This document shows, piece after piece, positions 8,102 through 17,381 of a stretch of 32,000 nucleotides of DNA (the first letter of the stretch is position 1; every line of letters begins with the position of its first letter). Both the position numbers and the translations under genes were made by a program. Under the pieces are notes generated by a model. The model did not search any database and was not told the origin of the DNA. It saw nothing but the letters and a program-made list of their open reading frames with translations. This stretch comes from Simonsiella muelleri ATCC 29453 (GTDB taxonomy: Bacteria > Pseudomonadota > Gammaproteobacteria > Burkholderiales > Neisseriaceae): NCBI RefSeq assembly GCF_002951835.1, contig NZ_CP019448.1, positions 707,293 to 739,292 of the forward strand. The letters run 5' to 3'.

Positions 8102-10867
8102 ATGTCTAAACCAGTAGATTTTCTTTCACAACAACAACCCACCGAATTCACTGTTCGTGCTTTGTGGTATTTGCACCATTTTGCGCAACAGGGCGAGTGG
8201 GCAGACGGTTTTGCGTTTGAAAAACAGCTCCGTTCTTGTCAATTGGATTACACGCTCGGTAGCCTGCACCGAATTGACCATTTATTAGACCAAATTCGCA
8301 AACTCAAGCCCAATCCCGAAACATTTTTCAGGCAGCCTGAAAACCAAAATTTTTTGTTTACATTAGCATTTTATTGTGGAGAATTGCGTGGACGATTAAT
8401 TAAAAATGCGCCAGTTTGGTATAACTGGCAATCTTTTATCGCTGAATATCATGGCATGGAAAAAATATTTCCCAATGTCGTAGAATATGAAGTGGTAGCG
8501 CATTTTCGTGGTAAAAATGAAGAGTCCACGTATTTTCCATTAGTGTCCATTTTGGAACGCTTATTCCCCAAACAAGAAGAACCTGAAAAATCTGTGTATT
8601 CTGCTACCATCGTAGGGGATTATCAACAATATGATTTAAATGATAAATTACCTGAATCACCGATTCAAGGTTTAGCGTTGAATGTGCAAGATGCGTTGGC
8701 AGGCACTCATCCAACCGAATTGCCTTATTTGCAAATTTTGCCACCGCAATGGATTCACGGCGATGATTTAATGGCACAAATTCGTGCTATGCCCACGCTC
8801 TATACCAAAGGGCGCGTGGTTTGGGCGGCGTTGGTACAAGCTAATCAGCAATTATTTCAACACAATGACCCTGCCAGTTGCCCTGCCGAAGTCATCTATG
8901 ACAAAAGCGGACGCACACCGCCACGGCTATTGCGTCAATATGCTAAGGAATTGTTTGCGCTGAAACATAGCACGCCAGATGATCCCGAATTAGCCAAATA
9001 CGTCCACCACATCACAGACGAACGAACACGTTTTACAGGCCGCATTCCCACGAAAATCAGTCACATGAATTTACATGGCGCGACCGTGTTAATTTGGCGA
9101 CTGCATTTACCTAACGCTATTTTGACGCTGCCTATTTTTCCGATTATTGTGGCTGATGATTGCGATGAAGTGATGCTGTTGCCTGCTAAGTATTGGGCGG
9201 ACACCAGTTTTTATCGCGATTGGTTACGTGAACAAGCTGTTCTGAATGATGAACAGACTTTCAGGCTGCCTGAAAAAAATATGTTGAGCAGTCAAGAAAT
9301 GGTGTATGCGTTTCGTCAATATATTCAACGACACAATGATTTTTGGGCGGGTTATACCGAATTATTATCGCCACAAAGAGACGAGCTACCTCAGTTAGGT
9401 ACAAAAATTATTGAACAAAATCAAGTAATTCAATATGAGACCGACCAAGAGTTTTTGATGCGTTGTCGCAGTGTGGCGCAAAGCGAATATCGCCGCTGGT
9501 ATGAATTTTCAGACCACAATCAAAACAGGTTGCCTGAAAGCGTGTATCAAAAATTGCGCGATTTGAACCCCGATTCATTTTTGTCGCTGCTAACTGAACC
9601 ATTTGATGTACCCAAATTGGCAAATAGTCAGCCTCTACCGAAAATTGCGGCGTTAATGCGACAAAATCAGTTATCGCCGATACAGATTGCCAATATGGTG
9701 CAGTTTTTGTGGGCGCAAGGCACGATTTCGTTTGCCAAAGTGCTTGATAATGAGTCAGAACACTTATCAGTCATTAACACCACCGCTACGTTGTATTTGG
9801 CTTTTTTGTATTTGACAGGAAAATTTGTGCCACAAACCATTGAGGAAGGTGCGAGTTGGTTGAATTTGGCAGTGAATTTGGGCGATTATCGTGCGCTGCA
9901 TTGGGTAGCAGAATTGGTTATGCAAATTCCCGAATTAGCGCCAATTTTGTTCAAAAAAAAATTAATTAGTGAAATGTCGCCGTTGTCTATTCGTTTGATG
10001 AATGCGAGTTCTATGGGTTATTTGTCGTATTCCATTAGCGATGTGAATGCGCAAGAATCTGCTTATATTCATCATCCTGAAGCGCAAGCCGAATTGGCAC
10101 GACAATATTTTCAATTGGCAGCCGAATTAGGTGATACCAGCGCAAATACTCGTTTAAATGAATGGATTGCCGCAAAAAGGCTGCCTGAAAAAGCACGCGA
10201 ACAGCGATTTGAACACATTCAATTTTGGTTGATGGATTATTTCGCCAAACAAGGCGTGAATATTCGCCAAATTTTGGGTGATTTGGTTGCAGCAGAAAAT
10301 GAAGCCGATGACATCACATTTCATGAAAATTCGGATAATTTGGCTCATATTACCGAAGATGAAGATATTTTGCGTCCTGAATCTACTGTGTGGAAAAAAT
10401 GGGCGATTTGGAGTGGCGTGGGTGTGTTGATGTTGGGGTTGGTGGCGTGGGCAGTGTTGCCGACCGATGCGTCAAATGACCCTATTGCGTCAAAAGAAGT
10501 TTCAGGCAGCCTGAAAAATACGCTGCCTGTTGTACCGACTGTGCCGACATTGAGTGCGTCCCAGCCAACCGTATCGTTGAATCAGGTGATGACTGAATTG
10601 CAAACCAAATTGCCACTGACATTTTTTACCAATACGCATAAAATTCAATCTATTAAATTAGAAAATGGCGTGGTTTGGCTGACACTAACCGACAAAAGTC
10701 GTGGCATGATGAGTGTGGATGCGGCACAATCTTTGTATTGCAGTGAACCGCAATTAGCTGATTTACGCGTTACGAAAACGCCTGTGAATTTCACGGTACT
10801 TGCTGCACAAAATGTGCATTATGATGTCAAAGATGTGGGGAAGAATTGTTTGGAAAGTCAAAGGTAA
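8102..10867 (+). CDS. Large hypothetical protein with Sel1/TPR-like repeats and one C-proximal TM helix
   Basis: 921-aa uninterrupted ORF. Sel1-like segments are present (LYLAFLYLTGKFVPQTIEEGASWLNLAVNLGDYRA; ARQYFQLAAELGDTSA). The TM helix is WAIWSGVGVLMLGLVAWAVL. I recognise no family. Confidence 0.6.
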   Translation: MSKPVDFLSQQQPTEFTVRALWYLHHFAQQGEWADGFAFEKQLRSCQLDYTLGSLHRIDHLLDQIRKLKPNPETFFRQPENQNFLFTLAFYCGELRGRLIKNAPVWYNWQSFIAEYHGMEKIFPNVVEYEVVAHFRGKNEESTYFPLVSILERLFPKQEEPEKSVYSATIVGDYQQYDLNDKLPESPIQGLALNVQDALAGTHPTELPYLQILPPQWIHGDDLMAQIRAMPTLYTKGRVVWAALVQANQQLFQHNDPASCPAEVIYDKSGRTPPRLLRQYAKELFALKHSTPDDPELAKYVHHITDERTRFTGRIPTKISHMNLHGATVLIWRLHLPNAILTLPIFPIIVADDCDEVMLLPAKYWADTSFYRDWLREQAVLNDEQTFRLPEKNMLSSQEMVYAFRQYIQRHNDFWAGYTELLSPQRDELPQLGTKIIEQNQVIQYETDQEFLMRCRSVAQSEYRRWYEFSDHNQNRLPESVYQKLRDLNPDSFLSLLTEPFDVPKLANSQPLPKIAALMRQNQLSPIQIANMVQFLWAQGTISFAKVLDNESEHLSVINTTATLYLAFLYLTGKFVPQTIEEGASWLNLAVNLGDYRALHWVAELVMQIPELAPILFKKKLISEMSPLSIRLMNASSMGYLSYSISDVNAQESAYIHHPEAQAELARQYFQLAAELGDTSANTRLNEWIAAKRLPEKAREQRFEHIQFWLMDYFAKQGVNIRQILGDLVAAENEADDITFHENSDNLAHITEDEDILRPESTVWKKWAIWSGVGVLMLGLVAWAVLPTDASNDPIASKEVSGSLKNTLPVVPTVPTLSASQPTVSLNQVMTELQTKLPLTFFTNTHKIQSIKLENGVVWLTLTDKSRGMMSVDAAQSLYCSEPQLADLRVTKTPVNFTVLAAQNVHYDVKDVGKNCLESQR

Positions 10868-10872
10868 ATAAA

Positions 10873-10913
10873 TTTCAGGCTGCCTTGCTTGATACATAAA
10901 AGGCAGCCTGAAA
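10873..10913. terminator. Inverted DUS pair hairpin between the convergent 921-aa CDS and rnpB
   Basis: TTTCAGGCTGCCTT (10873-10886) pairs with AAGGCAGCCTGAAA (10900-10913). Confidence 0.6.
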
Positions 10914-10930
10914 CCTTAAAAATCAAAAAG

Positions 10931-11296
10931 CGCAGGGCAAACGATAAGCCGAGTTTTGTCATTGAACAGTCATTCCTCTAGGCGCAACATCGCTGCTGCG
11001 CTCAAGCAACCTACCCGAACACTCCGCGAGCAGCCTCAATGTGTTCTGTTTGGTCTTGCTACAAATGGGGTTTAGCCTGCCACAATCTGTTACCAGATGC
11101 GCGGTGCGCTCTTACCGCACCTTTTCACCCTTGCCTGTGCGCCCTTGGGGGCAGCCATCGGCGGTTTAGCTTTCTGCGCCACTTTCCGTCGTGTTACCAC
11201 GCCCAGCCGTTAACTGGCATTTTGCTCTGTGTAGCTCGGACTTTCCTCTCCGTATGCCGTGAAGCAATACGCAGCGACTGTTTGTCTGCCCTGCAA
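10931..11296 (-). ncRNA. rnpB: RNase P RNA, bacterial type A
   Basis: The reverse complement carries the universal blocks GAGAGGAAAGTCCGAGCTACACAGAGCA, ACCGCCGATGGC, AAGGGTGAAAAGGTGCGGTAAGAGCGCACC, GGGTAGGTTGCTTGAG and CCTAGAGGAATGACTGT...ACAAAACTCGGCTTATCG. P1 pairs GCAGGGCA with TGCCCTGC. The ends are good to about +/-5 nt. Confidence 0.9.
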
Positions 11297-11412
11297 GTTA
11301 GCGATTATACGCGACAAATCAGACTTTTCAAACAAAATAAATTGCCTAAATAACCTATTTTGTGGTATAAAGCGCGTTTTACTTTTTTAATTATTTCGTT
11401 TTGGAGAACAAC

Positions 11413-11649
11413 ATGGCTAAAGTTTGCAAAGTAACGGGTAAACGCCCGATGTCTGGCAACAACGTATCACACGCCAATAACAAAACCAAACGCCGTTTTT
11501 TGCCTAATTTGCAATCACGCCGTTTTTGGGTAGAAAGCGAAAATCGTTGGGTGCGCTTACGCGTATCAAACGCCGCTTTGCGTACGATTGACAAAAATGG
11601 TATTGATGTGGTTTTGGCTGACTTACGCGCTCGTGGCGAAGTTATTTAA
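11413..11649 (+). CDS. rpmB: 50S ribosomal protein L28
   Basis: [39 protein letters not shown]... The ATG at 11413 is preceded by GGAG. Confidence 0.95.
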   Translation: MAKVCKVTGKRPMSGNNVSHANNKTKRRFLPNLQSRRFWVESENRWVRLRVSNAALRTIDKNGIDVVLADLRARGEVI

Positions 11650-11675
11650 TTTTTATTGAGGATTGGATTATTATC

Positions 11676-11831
11676 ATGCGCGATAAAATCAAATTAGAAT
11701 CATCTGCTGGTACAGGTCATTTCTATACCACCACCAAAAACAAACGTACGATGCCTGGTAAAATGGAAATCAAAAAATTTGATCCTGTGGCTCGTAAGCA
11801 CGTTATTTATAAAGAAACTAAATTGAAATAA
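11676..11831 (+). CDS. rpmG: 50S ribosomal protein L33
   Basis: 51 aa, below the ORF-track cutoff: [51 protein letters not shown]. It has the usual position after rpmB. Confidence 0.9.
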   Translation: MRDKIKLESSAGTGHFYTTTKNKRTMPGKMEIKKFDPVARKHVIYKETKLK

Positions 11832-11847
11832 TTCGGTTTCTAAAATG

Positions 11848-11886
11848 AAAACCTTTGTTTTGTTATTAAACAAAGGTTTTTTGTTG
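11848..11886 (+). terminator. Rho-independent terminator of rpmB-rpmG
   Basis: AAAACCTTTGTT (11848-11859) pairs with AACAAAGGTTTT (11869-11880), followed by a T-rich tract. Confidence 0.75.
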
Positions 11887-11936
11887 TTTGTTTTTTCAGG
11901 CTGCCTGAAAGATTCTTTCATCAATAAGAGAATAAT

Positions 11937-12887
11937 ATGAAATACCGTAAACCCAAATTAGCTGATTTTCAAAAAGCCAAAGTATTGGTAGTGGGTGATG
12001 TGATGCTGGATCGCTATTGGTTCGGCGATGTAAACCGCATTTCGCCAGAAGCACCTGTTCCGATTGCTAAAATTGACAAAATTGAGCATCGTGCTGGCGG
12101 TGCTGCCAACGTGGCACGTAACATTGCTGCATTGGGCGGACAAGCTGCTTTGCTTTCGGTTGTGGGTAATGACGAAGCCGCCAACACATTAACTCAATTA
12201 TTACAAAATGATGGCATTGCTAATCATCTTCAATACAGTGCGTCTATGCCCACTACGTTAAAATTGCGCGTGTTGTCCCGAAATCAGCAATTAATTCGCT
12301 TGGATTTTGAAGAACGCCCTGATTCAGGCAGCCTGAATCAGGTTTATCACGAATACGGTCAATTGATGGGACAATACGATGCGGTGATTTTGTCGGATTA
12401 TGGTAAAGGTGTTTTGCATGATGTATCGGTGTTGATTGCGGCAGCGCGTGCCATTGGCAAACCTGTTTTGATTGATCCAAAAGGCGCAGATTTTACGCGC
12501 TATGAAGACGCTACTTTGCTTACGCCCAACCGTGCTGAATTGCACGAAGCCATCGGTGGTTGGTCAAACGAGCAGAATTTAACTGAAAAAGCACAAAAAT
12601 TACGTGAAGATTTAGGATTAGATGCTTTGCTGCTGACGCGTAGTGAAGAAGGTATGTCATTGTATCGTGAAAATAAAATTGAGCATCAAGCCACTCGCGC
12701 ACAAGAAGTGTATGATGTGTCGGGTGCAGGTGATACCGTGATTGCAGCGATGGGCGTGTGTTTGGCGGCAGGTTATGATTTTGCAGATGCCATGCACATT
12801 GCCAATTCGGCAGCCGGCGTGGTGGTGGCAAAATTGGGGACGGCGGTATGTTCATTTGATGAATTGACGCAGGCATTAAAAGATTAG
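11937..12887 (+). CDS. hldA: D-glycero-beta-D-manno-heptose-7-phosphate kinase (RfaE domain I type)
   Basis: 316 aa. VLVVGDVMLDRYWFGDVNRISPEAPVP...RAGGAANVARNIAALGG...DVSGAGDTV are pfkB/RfaE kinase motifs. Confidence 0.85.
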   Translation: MKYRKPKLADFQKAKVLVVGDVMLDRYWFGDVNRISPEAPVPIAKIDKIEHRAGGAANVARNIAALGGQAALLSVVGNDEAANTLTQLLQNDGIANHLQYSASMPTTLKLRVLSRNQQLIRLDFEERPDSGSLNQVYHEYGQLMGQYDAVILSDYGKGVLHDVSVLIAAARAIGKPVLIDPKGADFTRYEDATLLTPNRAELHEAIGGWSNEQNLTEKAQKLREDLGLDALLLTRSEEGMSLYRENKIEHQATRAQEVYDVSGAGDTVIAAMGVCLAAGYDFADAMHIANSAAGVVVAKLGTAVCSFDELTQALKD

Positions 12888-12968
12888 GGGTAATAATTTT
12901 TTATATCTTAGAACCTGTGTTATTAAGATTATGAATTCAACTTATTAAATTTTAAGGATATTTTCAAA

Positions 12969-13925
12969 ATGGCAAATAAATCAGGTAAGAAAGTGGTTGT
13001 GATTGGTACGGGTGCGGTGGGCATTAGCTACGCGTTTGCGGTATTGAATCAGGCCTTGTGTGATGAATTGGTGTTGATTGATTTGAATGAAAAAAGGGTG
13101 TCTGCTGAAGCGCGTGATTTGCGTCATGGTGTGCTGTACGCGCAGTCGCCCATTAAAGTAAAACAAGGCGATTACAGCGATTGTGCTGATGCGGATATTG
13201 TGTGCATTTGCGCGGGCGTGCCACAGAAAGTAGGCGAAACACGTTTGGATTTAATTGACAATAATCTGAAAGTTTATCATGCCGTGGTTAGCGAAGTGAT
13301 GAAAAATCATTTCAATGGCATTTTTTTAGTTGCGACCAATCCTGTGGATGTGTTGGCGTATGCTACTTGGAAATTCTCGGGTTTACCTGCTGAACGTGTG
13401 ATTGGTTCTGGAACGATTTTGGATACAGCGCGTTTGTGTAATTGTTTGGGCAAAGCGTTTGGCGTTGCGCCAGTGAGCGTGGATGCACACATGATTGGTG
13501 AACATGGTGACAGCGTGATTGCGGCGTGGAGTACGGCGTATATTGCTGGTGTACCATTAAAAGATGCGTTGGACAACTTGGGCAATGGTGCAGAACGCAT
13601 GGCGGAAATTCATGCCAATGTACGCGATGCGGCGTATTCCATTATTGAAGGCAAGGGGGCGACTTATTATGGGATTGCCATGGGTTTGGCACGTATTACA
13701 CAAGCCATTTTGCGTAATCAAAACGTGGTGTTGACTGTATCTGCATTATTAAATGGCAAGTATAATCAAGAAGATGTGTATATTGGTGTGCCAGCTGTGT
13801 TGAATAGCGATGGCATTGCGCGTGTGATTGAAAAACCATTGGACGAACAAGAACAAGCACAATTTGAAAAATCAGCCAATATTTTGCGCGGCTATCAAGA
13901 AAAAGTGGCGGATTATTTGAAATAG
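12969..13925 (+). CDS. ldh: NAD-dependent L-lactate dehydrogenase
   Basis: 318 aa. [10 protein letters not shown] is the Rossmann motif. [13 protein letters not shown] carries the LDH-type Gln rather than the MDH-type Arg. IGEHGDS is the catalytic His loop. Confidence 0.85.
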   Translation: MANKSGKKVVVIGTGAVGISYAFAVLNQALCDELVLIDLNEKRVSAEARDLRHGVLYAQSPIKVKQGDYSDCADADIVCICAGVPQKVGETRLDLIDNNLKVYHAVVSEVMKNHFNGIFLVATNPVDVLAYATWKFSGLPAERVIGSGTILDTARLCNCLGKAFGVAPVSVDAHMIGEHGDSVIAAWSTAYIAGVPLKDALDNLGNGAERMAEIHANVRDAAYSIIEGKGATYYGIAMGLARITQAILRNQNVVLTVSALLNGKYNQEDVYIGVPAVLNSDGIARVIEKPLDEQEQAQFEKSANILRGYQEKVADYLK

Positions 13926-14007
13926 AGTGCTTAAAATTCAGATTAGTACAGTGTTGTTCATGTCTTTTTGAAACGACTGTATAAAATACATCAAAAAAAG
14001 GCAGCCT

Positions 14008-15211
14008 GAAACCTTTGCAAAACCCCAAAACAATTCATTTGTTTTGAGGTTTTCACTATTTCAACACAAACACAACAAAATCAAGCAAAATAATCACACC
14101 AATCTCACTATAACAGCCCATTTTCAGGCTGCCTTATGCCCTTTCAGGCAGCAATCGGCGCAACAAGCCTTAACTTGTTTGCCGCTTTGAGCAAATTCAA
14201 ACAAATCACTTTCAAACCCATTTGCCCTTTGACCTTTTCTAGCCCAAAATAACTCGCACGCTTACATCTAAATATGCGATGCAAAATGGCAAAACTCTGT
14301 TCTACACGATAACGGATTTTCGCCAACTCCTTATTGCGCTCAATATCTTCACGCATCAAAGGTTTCTTGCGATGTGCTTTACGCATAATACCGTCTACTA
14401 ATTGATTTTTATCCAAAAATTCGCGATTGGATTGACTGTCGTAACCTTTATCCGCGTACACTTTGACACCCTGTTCAACCTTGTCCAACACGGTTTCTAA
14501 ATTGTTCACATCAGATGCATTCGCTAGCGTAACGTGAAACCCCTCTTCATCGGTACGTGCATGAAGTTTGTAGCCCAAATACCAATGCTTGCTTTTGATT
14601 GTCCATCTTGCGTCTTTGTCTTTACTGGCGGGGGTTTGGATCACTTCTTCGTTCTCATTGATTTCAATGGATTTTTTAAGTTTTCCACCTGCAGTTTGAA
14701 TAATGGTCGCGTCCACAATCGCCGTTTGCGCTTTTTCTACTTTGAGTTGATTGTGGGCCAGTTGTTGGTTGATTTGTTGATAAAGTTCGTCTGCCAAACC
14801 TTCTTTAATCAACCAATTACGAAAGCGGTTGAGTGTGCTGTGGTCGGGTAGATTCATTTCATCTGGAAATTGGCAAAAAATGATGAAATCTAAACGCGTA
14901 ACCAAACTGCGTTCCAATTCTGGGTCAGACAAACTGTGCCATTGTCCGAGCAAAATGGCGCGGAACATCGGTAGTAACGGATAGGCAGGACGACCGCCGT
15001 TATTGCATACATAGTTTACTTTATGGTTGGCGAGCGTTTGTTCAATGGCTTGCCAATCCAGAAGTTGGGTGATTTTAAGTAATGGGAAACGGTCTGTGTA
15101 TTGGTTAAGTAGGGTTTGGGCGGTGTGATAGAAAAAGCTGGACATGGAAAAATCCTCTAAATTCTTGGTAACAGAAATTTAGCGGATTTTTTGGGGTTTT
15201 GCAAAGGTTTC
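14008..15211 (-). mobile_element. IS5-family (IS5 group) insertion sequence, ~1.2 kb, inserted in a DUS
   Basis: 23-bp inverted repeats: GAAACCTTTGCAAAACCCCAAAA (14008-14030) and its complement (15189-15211). AGCCT flanks both ends (14003-14007 and 15212-15216). It has a single transposase ORF. Confidence 0.85.
14144..15145 (-). CDS. IS5-group DDE transposase (DUF772 plus DDE_Tnp_1)
   Basis: 333 aa. GGRPAYPLLPMFRAILLGQWHSLSDPELERSLVTRLDFIIFCQF is the classic IS5/InsH-like N-domain. Confidence 0.9.
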   Translation of the reverse strand: MSSFFYHTAQTLLNQYTDRFPLLKITQLLDWQAIEQTLANHKVNYVCNNGGRPAYPLLPMFRAILLGQWHSLSDPELERSLVTRLDFIIFCQFPDEMNLPDHSTLNRFRNWLIKEGLADELYQQINQQLAHNQLKVEKAQTAIVDATIIQTAGGKLKKSIEINENEEVIQTPASKDKDARWTIKSKHWYLGYKLHARTDEEGFHVTLANASDVNNLETVLDKVEQGVKVYADKGYDSQSNREFLDKNQLVDGIMRKAHRKKPLMREDIERNKELAKIRYRVEQSFAILHRIFRCKRASYFGLEKVKGQMGLKVICLNLLKAANKLRLVAPIAA

Positions 15212-15240
15212 AGCCTGAAAACGATGGATTGGTTTTCAGG

Positions 15241-15344
15241 CAGCCTGAAATCTTTGCAAAACCTCATCTTTGGCGTATTTCTTTGTGATGTACTTTTTTC
15301 ACGCTGAAACATATTTCAATAAATTTAATGTCTTGCAAAGGTTC
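15241..15344. mobile_element. Degenerate ~100-bp miniature copy of the same IS ends
   Basis: The left end is GAAATCTTTGCAAAACC (from 15246). The right end is GTCTTGCAAAGGTTC (15330-15344). The left flank is AGCCT and the right flank is the decayed form TAGCT. The right end overlaps the maf stop codon. Confidence 0.5.
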
Positions 15345-15940
15345 TAGCTTGAAAAAAATGGCGGTGTTGTCCAACCAATTTGTTGCAGCAATTGCATGGT
15401 CTCAAACACAGGCAAACCCATCACACCCGTGAAACTACCCGACAAGTTCGCCACAAATACTCCACCCAAACCTTGAATACCATATGCGCCTGCTTTGTCC
15501 ATTGGTTCGCCTGTGGCAATGTAGGCATGAATTTCATCTTGAGTTAACGATTTAAATTGAACCTGATTTTTCTGAATGCACGCGTACTCATGCTCTTGAT
15601 ATGACACACAAACTGCCGTCAAAACTTGATGAACGCAGCCTGAAAGTGCTGTTAAAATGCGTTGTGCGTCTGCAACGTCTTTGGGTTTACCTAAAATTTG
15701 GTTGTGTAATGCTACCACTGTATCCGCCGACAAAATAGGCACGTCCAATATATGTCGGGTGGAATCAGATTGTGCTGCCTGATTTTTTTCCACTGCCATA
15801 CGTTTCACATAATCATCAACAGATTCATTGGGTTGTGATGTTTCATCAATATTTGTGGTGCAAGTATGAACTTCAAAACCCAAATTGGTTAAAATTTCGC
15901 GGCGACGTGGGCTGCCCGATGCAAGTAAAATTTTTGACAT
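15344..15940 (-). CDS. maf: Maf-like nucleoside triphosphate pyrophosphatase
   Basis: 198 aa. ILLASGSPRRREIL...DKAGAYGIQG are the Maf family motifs. Confidence 0.9.
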   Translation of the reverse strand: MSKILLASGSPRRREILTNLGFEVHTCTTNIDETSQPNESVDDYVKRMAVEKNQAAQSDSTRHILDVPILSADTVVALHNQILGKPKDVADAQRILTALSGCVHQVLTAVCVSYQEHEYACIQKNQVQFKSLTQDEIHAYIATGEPMDKAGAYGIQGLGGVFVANLSGSFTGVMGLPVFETMQLLQQIGWTTPPFFSS

Positions 15941-15974
15941 AAAAACGCCTTGAATTGATTAATCATTAAAACAA

Positions 15975-16010
15975 GGCAGCCTGAAAACATGATGATGTGT
16001 TTCAGGCTGC
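15975..16010 (-). terminator. Inverted DUS-type hairpin downstream of slyD
   Basis: GGCAGCCTGAAAACAT and ATGTGTTTCAGGCTGC form an imperfect stem. Confidence 0.5.
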
Positions 16011-16024
16011 TGAAAATGAAATGA

Positions 16025-16501
16025 TTAATGATGATGACCATGTGCGCCATGAACATGACCATGTTCAATTTCTTCTTCCGTGGCATCACGAACGCCGTCT
16101 ACTTTGGCTGTGAAACGAATCGGTAAACCTGCTAATGGGTGATTGCCATCAACAACCGCTTTCCCATCAGCAACATCGGTAACACGATACACAATCACAT
16201 CGCCTGTTTCAGGGTCATCGGCTTCAAACATCATGCCTACTTCCACATCAACAGGGAACACTTTCACATCTTCAATACGCACCAGTTGTGGGTCTTGTTC
16301 GCCGAATGCATCTTCAGGCTGCAATAACACTTCCACTGTATCGCCGACATTTTTCTCATGTAAAGCTTCTTCCACCAAAGGGAAAATGCCATCGTAGCCA
16401 CCATGCAAATATTCAATGGGATGGCTGGTTTCATCAATTAATTCGTTGTTTTCATCATACATTTTATAATGCAAAGATACCACAGAATTCTTTTTAATCA
16501 T
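16025..16501 (-). CDS. slyD: FKBP-type peptidyl-prolyl isomerase SlyD with a His-rich tail
   Basis: VVSLHYKMYDENNELIDETS...YLHGGYDGIFPLVEEAL...DGNHPLAG...HGHVHGAHGHHH. I prefer the ATG at 16501 (GGAG upstream) over the track start at 16531. Confidence 0.9.
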   Translation of the reverse strand: MIKKNSVVSLHYKMYDENNELIDETSHPIEYLHGGYDGIFPLVEEALHEKNVGDTVEVLLQPEDAFGEQDPQLVRIEDVKVFPVDVEVGMMFEADDPETGDVIVYRVTDVADGKAVVDGNHPLAGLPIRFTAKVDGVRDATEEEIEHGHVHGAHGHHH

Positions 16502-16913
16502 TACAATGACTCCAAAATTCAATTCAATCAATAATTGGGCTGATTCATGTATTTATTCAACCCAAAATATCACACGAAGTTTCAGTATAACACAGGCAGC
16601 CTGAAAAAATTGTCAGAAAAATACAACAAGTAATTTGATATGTATGAATTGATTGAAAATATTGATTTTAAATATATGATTAATTATTAATAGAAAACAA
16701 AATATTATGTAGAAAATAAGTTAAATAAAAATCCAATAACATTCAAGTGAATTGTAAAATATATTTACAAACCCAAATACATAATTGCAAAAATCAACAA
16801 TTTCAGGCAGAATACGTGGTTTCCAATAGCTGGGTGTCAATGAAGGCAGTTTGCGCATTGATGCGTGGCTATCGTTCATATAACTTCTCGTTGAAAATAT
16901 TAAGGTTTTTAAA

Positions 16914-17192
16914 ATGAAAAAATCACTGATTGCTGCTGCTTTATTGTCAATGTTCGTTGCTGCTTGTGGTGGCGAAAGCAACTCTGCACCTGCTGCTGAA
17001 CCAGTTAAAACTGAAACTTCTGCTGCATCTGAAGTGCAAGCTGCCGCATCTGAAGTTCAGGCTGCTGCATCTGATGTAGCTGCTGCTGCGTCTGCTGTTG
17101 AAGCTGTTGCTGCATCTGCCGCTTCTACTGCTGAAGCTGCTGCATCTGACGTAGCTGCCGCCGCTTCTGCTGCTGCATCTGCTGCAAAATAA
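16914..17192 (+). CDS. Small Ala-rich repetitive lipoprotein (H.8/Lip-like in character)
   Basis: 92 aa. The signal plus lipobox is LLSMFVAAC|GG. The rest is AASEVQAAASEVQAAASDVAAAASAVEAVAASAAS..., encoded by imperfect GCT/GCA-rich repeats. Confidence 0.75.
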   Translation: MKKSLIAAALLSMFVAACGGESNSAPAAEPVKTETSAASEVQAAASEVQAAASDVAAAASAVEAVAASAASTAEAAASDVAAAASAAASAAK

Positions 17193-17222
17193 TTGATGAC
17201 TAGAATAAGCACATAACAAGAA

Positions 17223-17261
17223 TTGCCTACACGAAATTGATTTTGTGTAGGCAATTTTTTT
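17223..17261 (+). terminator. Rho-independent terminator of the lipoprotein gene
   Basis: TTGCCTACAC (17223-17232) pairs with GTGTAGGCAA (17245-17254), followed by T7. Confidence 0.8.
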
Positions 17262-17381
17262 GCTGATATTGTGCTTTGATTATCGTCTTGCCCTAATTTG
17301 AATTTGCGGACAAACATAAACCGTATTTTTAGTTTTAAACGACTATAAAACACGATATTTTTTCAGGCTGCCTGAAATAGT

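Noticed and set aside
11039-11353. 104-aa plus-strand ORF
   Set aside because: It lies entirely antisense to the clearly recognisable RNase P RNA gene. The open frame is a by-product of the GC-rich structured RNA.
16540-16913. Long AT-rich non-coding stretch with an 86-aa minus-strand ORF (16721-16981)
   Set aside because: The ORF overlaps the lipoprotein start and has a low-complexity, AT-driven composition. The region is most simply the promoter/leader of the lipoprotein gene, and no specific motif can be supported.
16947-17353. Two minus-strand ORFs (90 and 98 aa) overlapping the Ala-rich lipoprotein gene
   Set aside because: They are artefacts of GCN/AGC repeat DNA, which is open in several frames. 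Only the plus-strand frame has a signal peptide, lipobox, SD and terminator.
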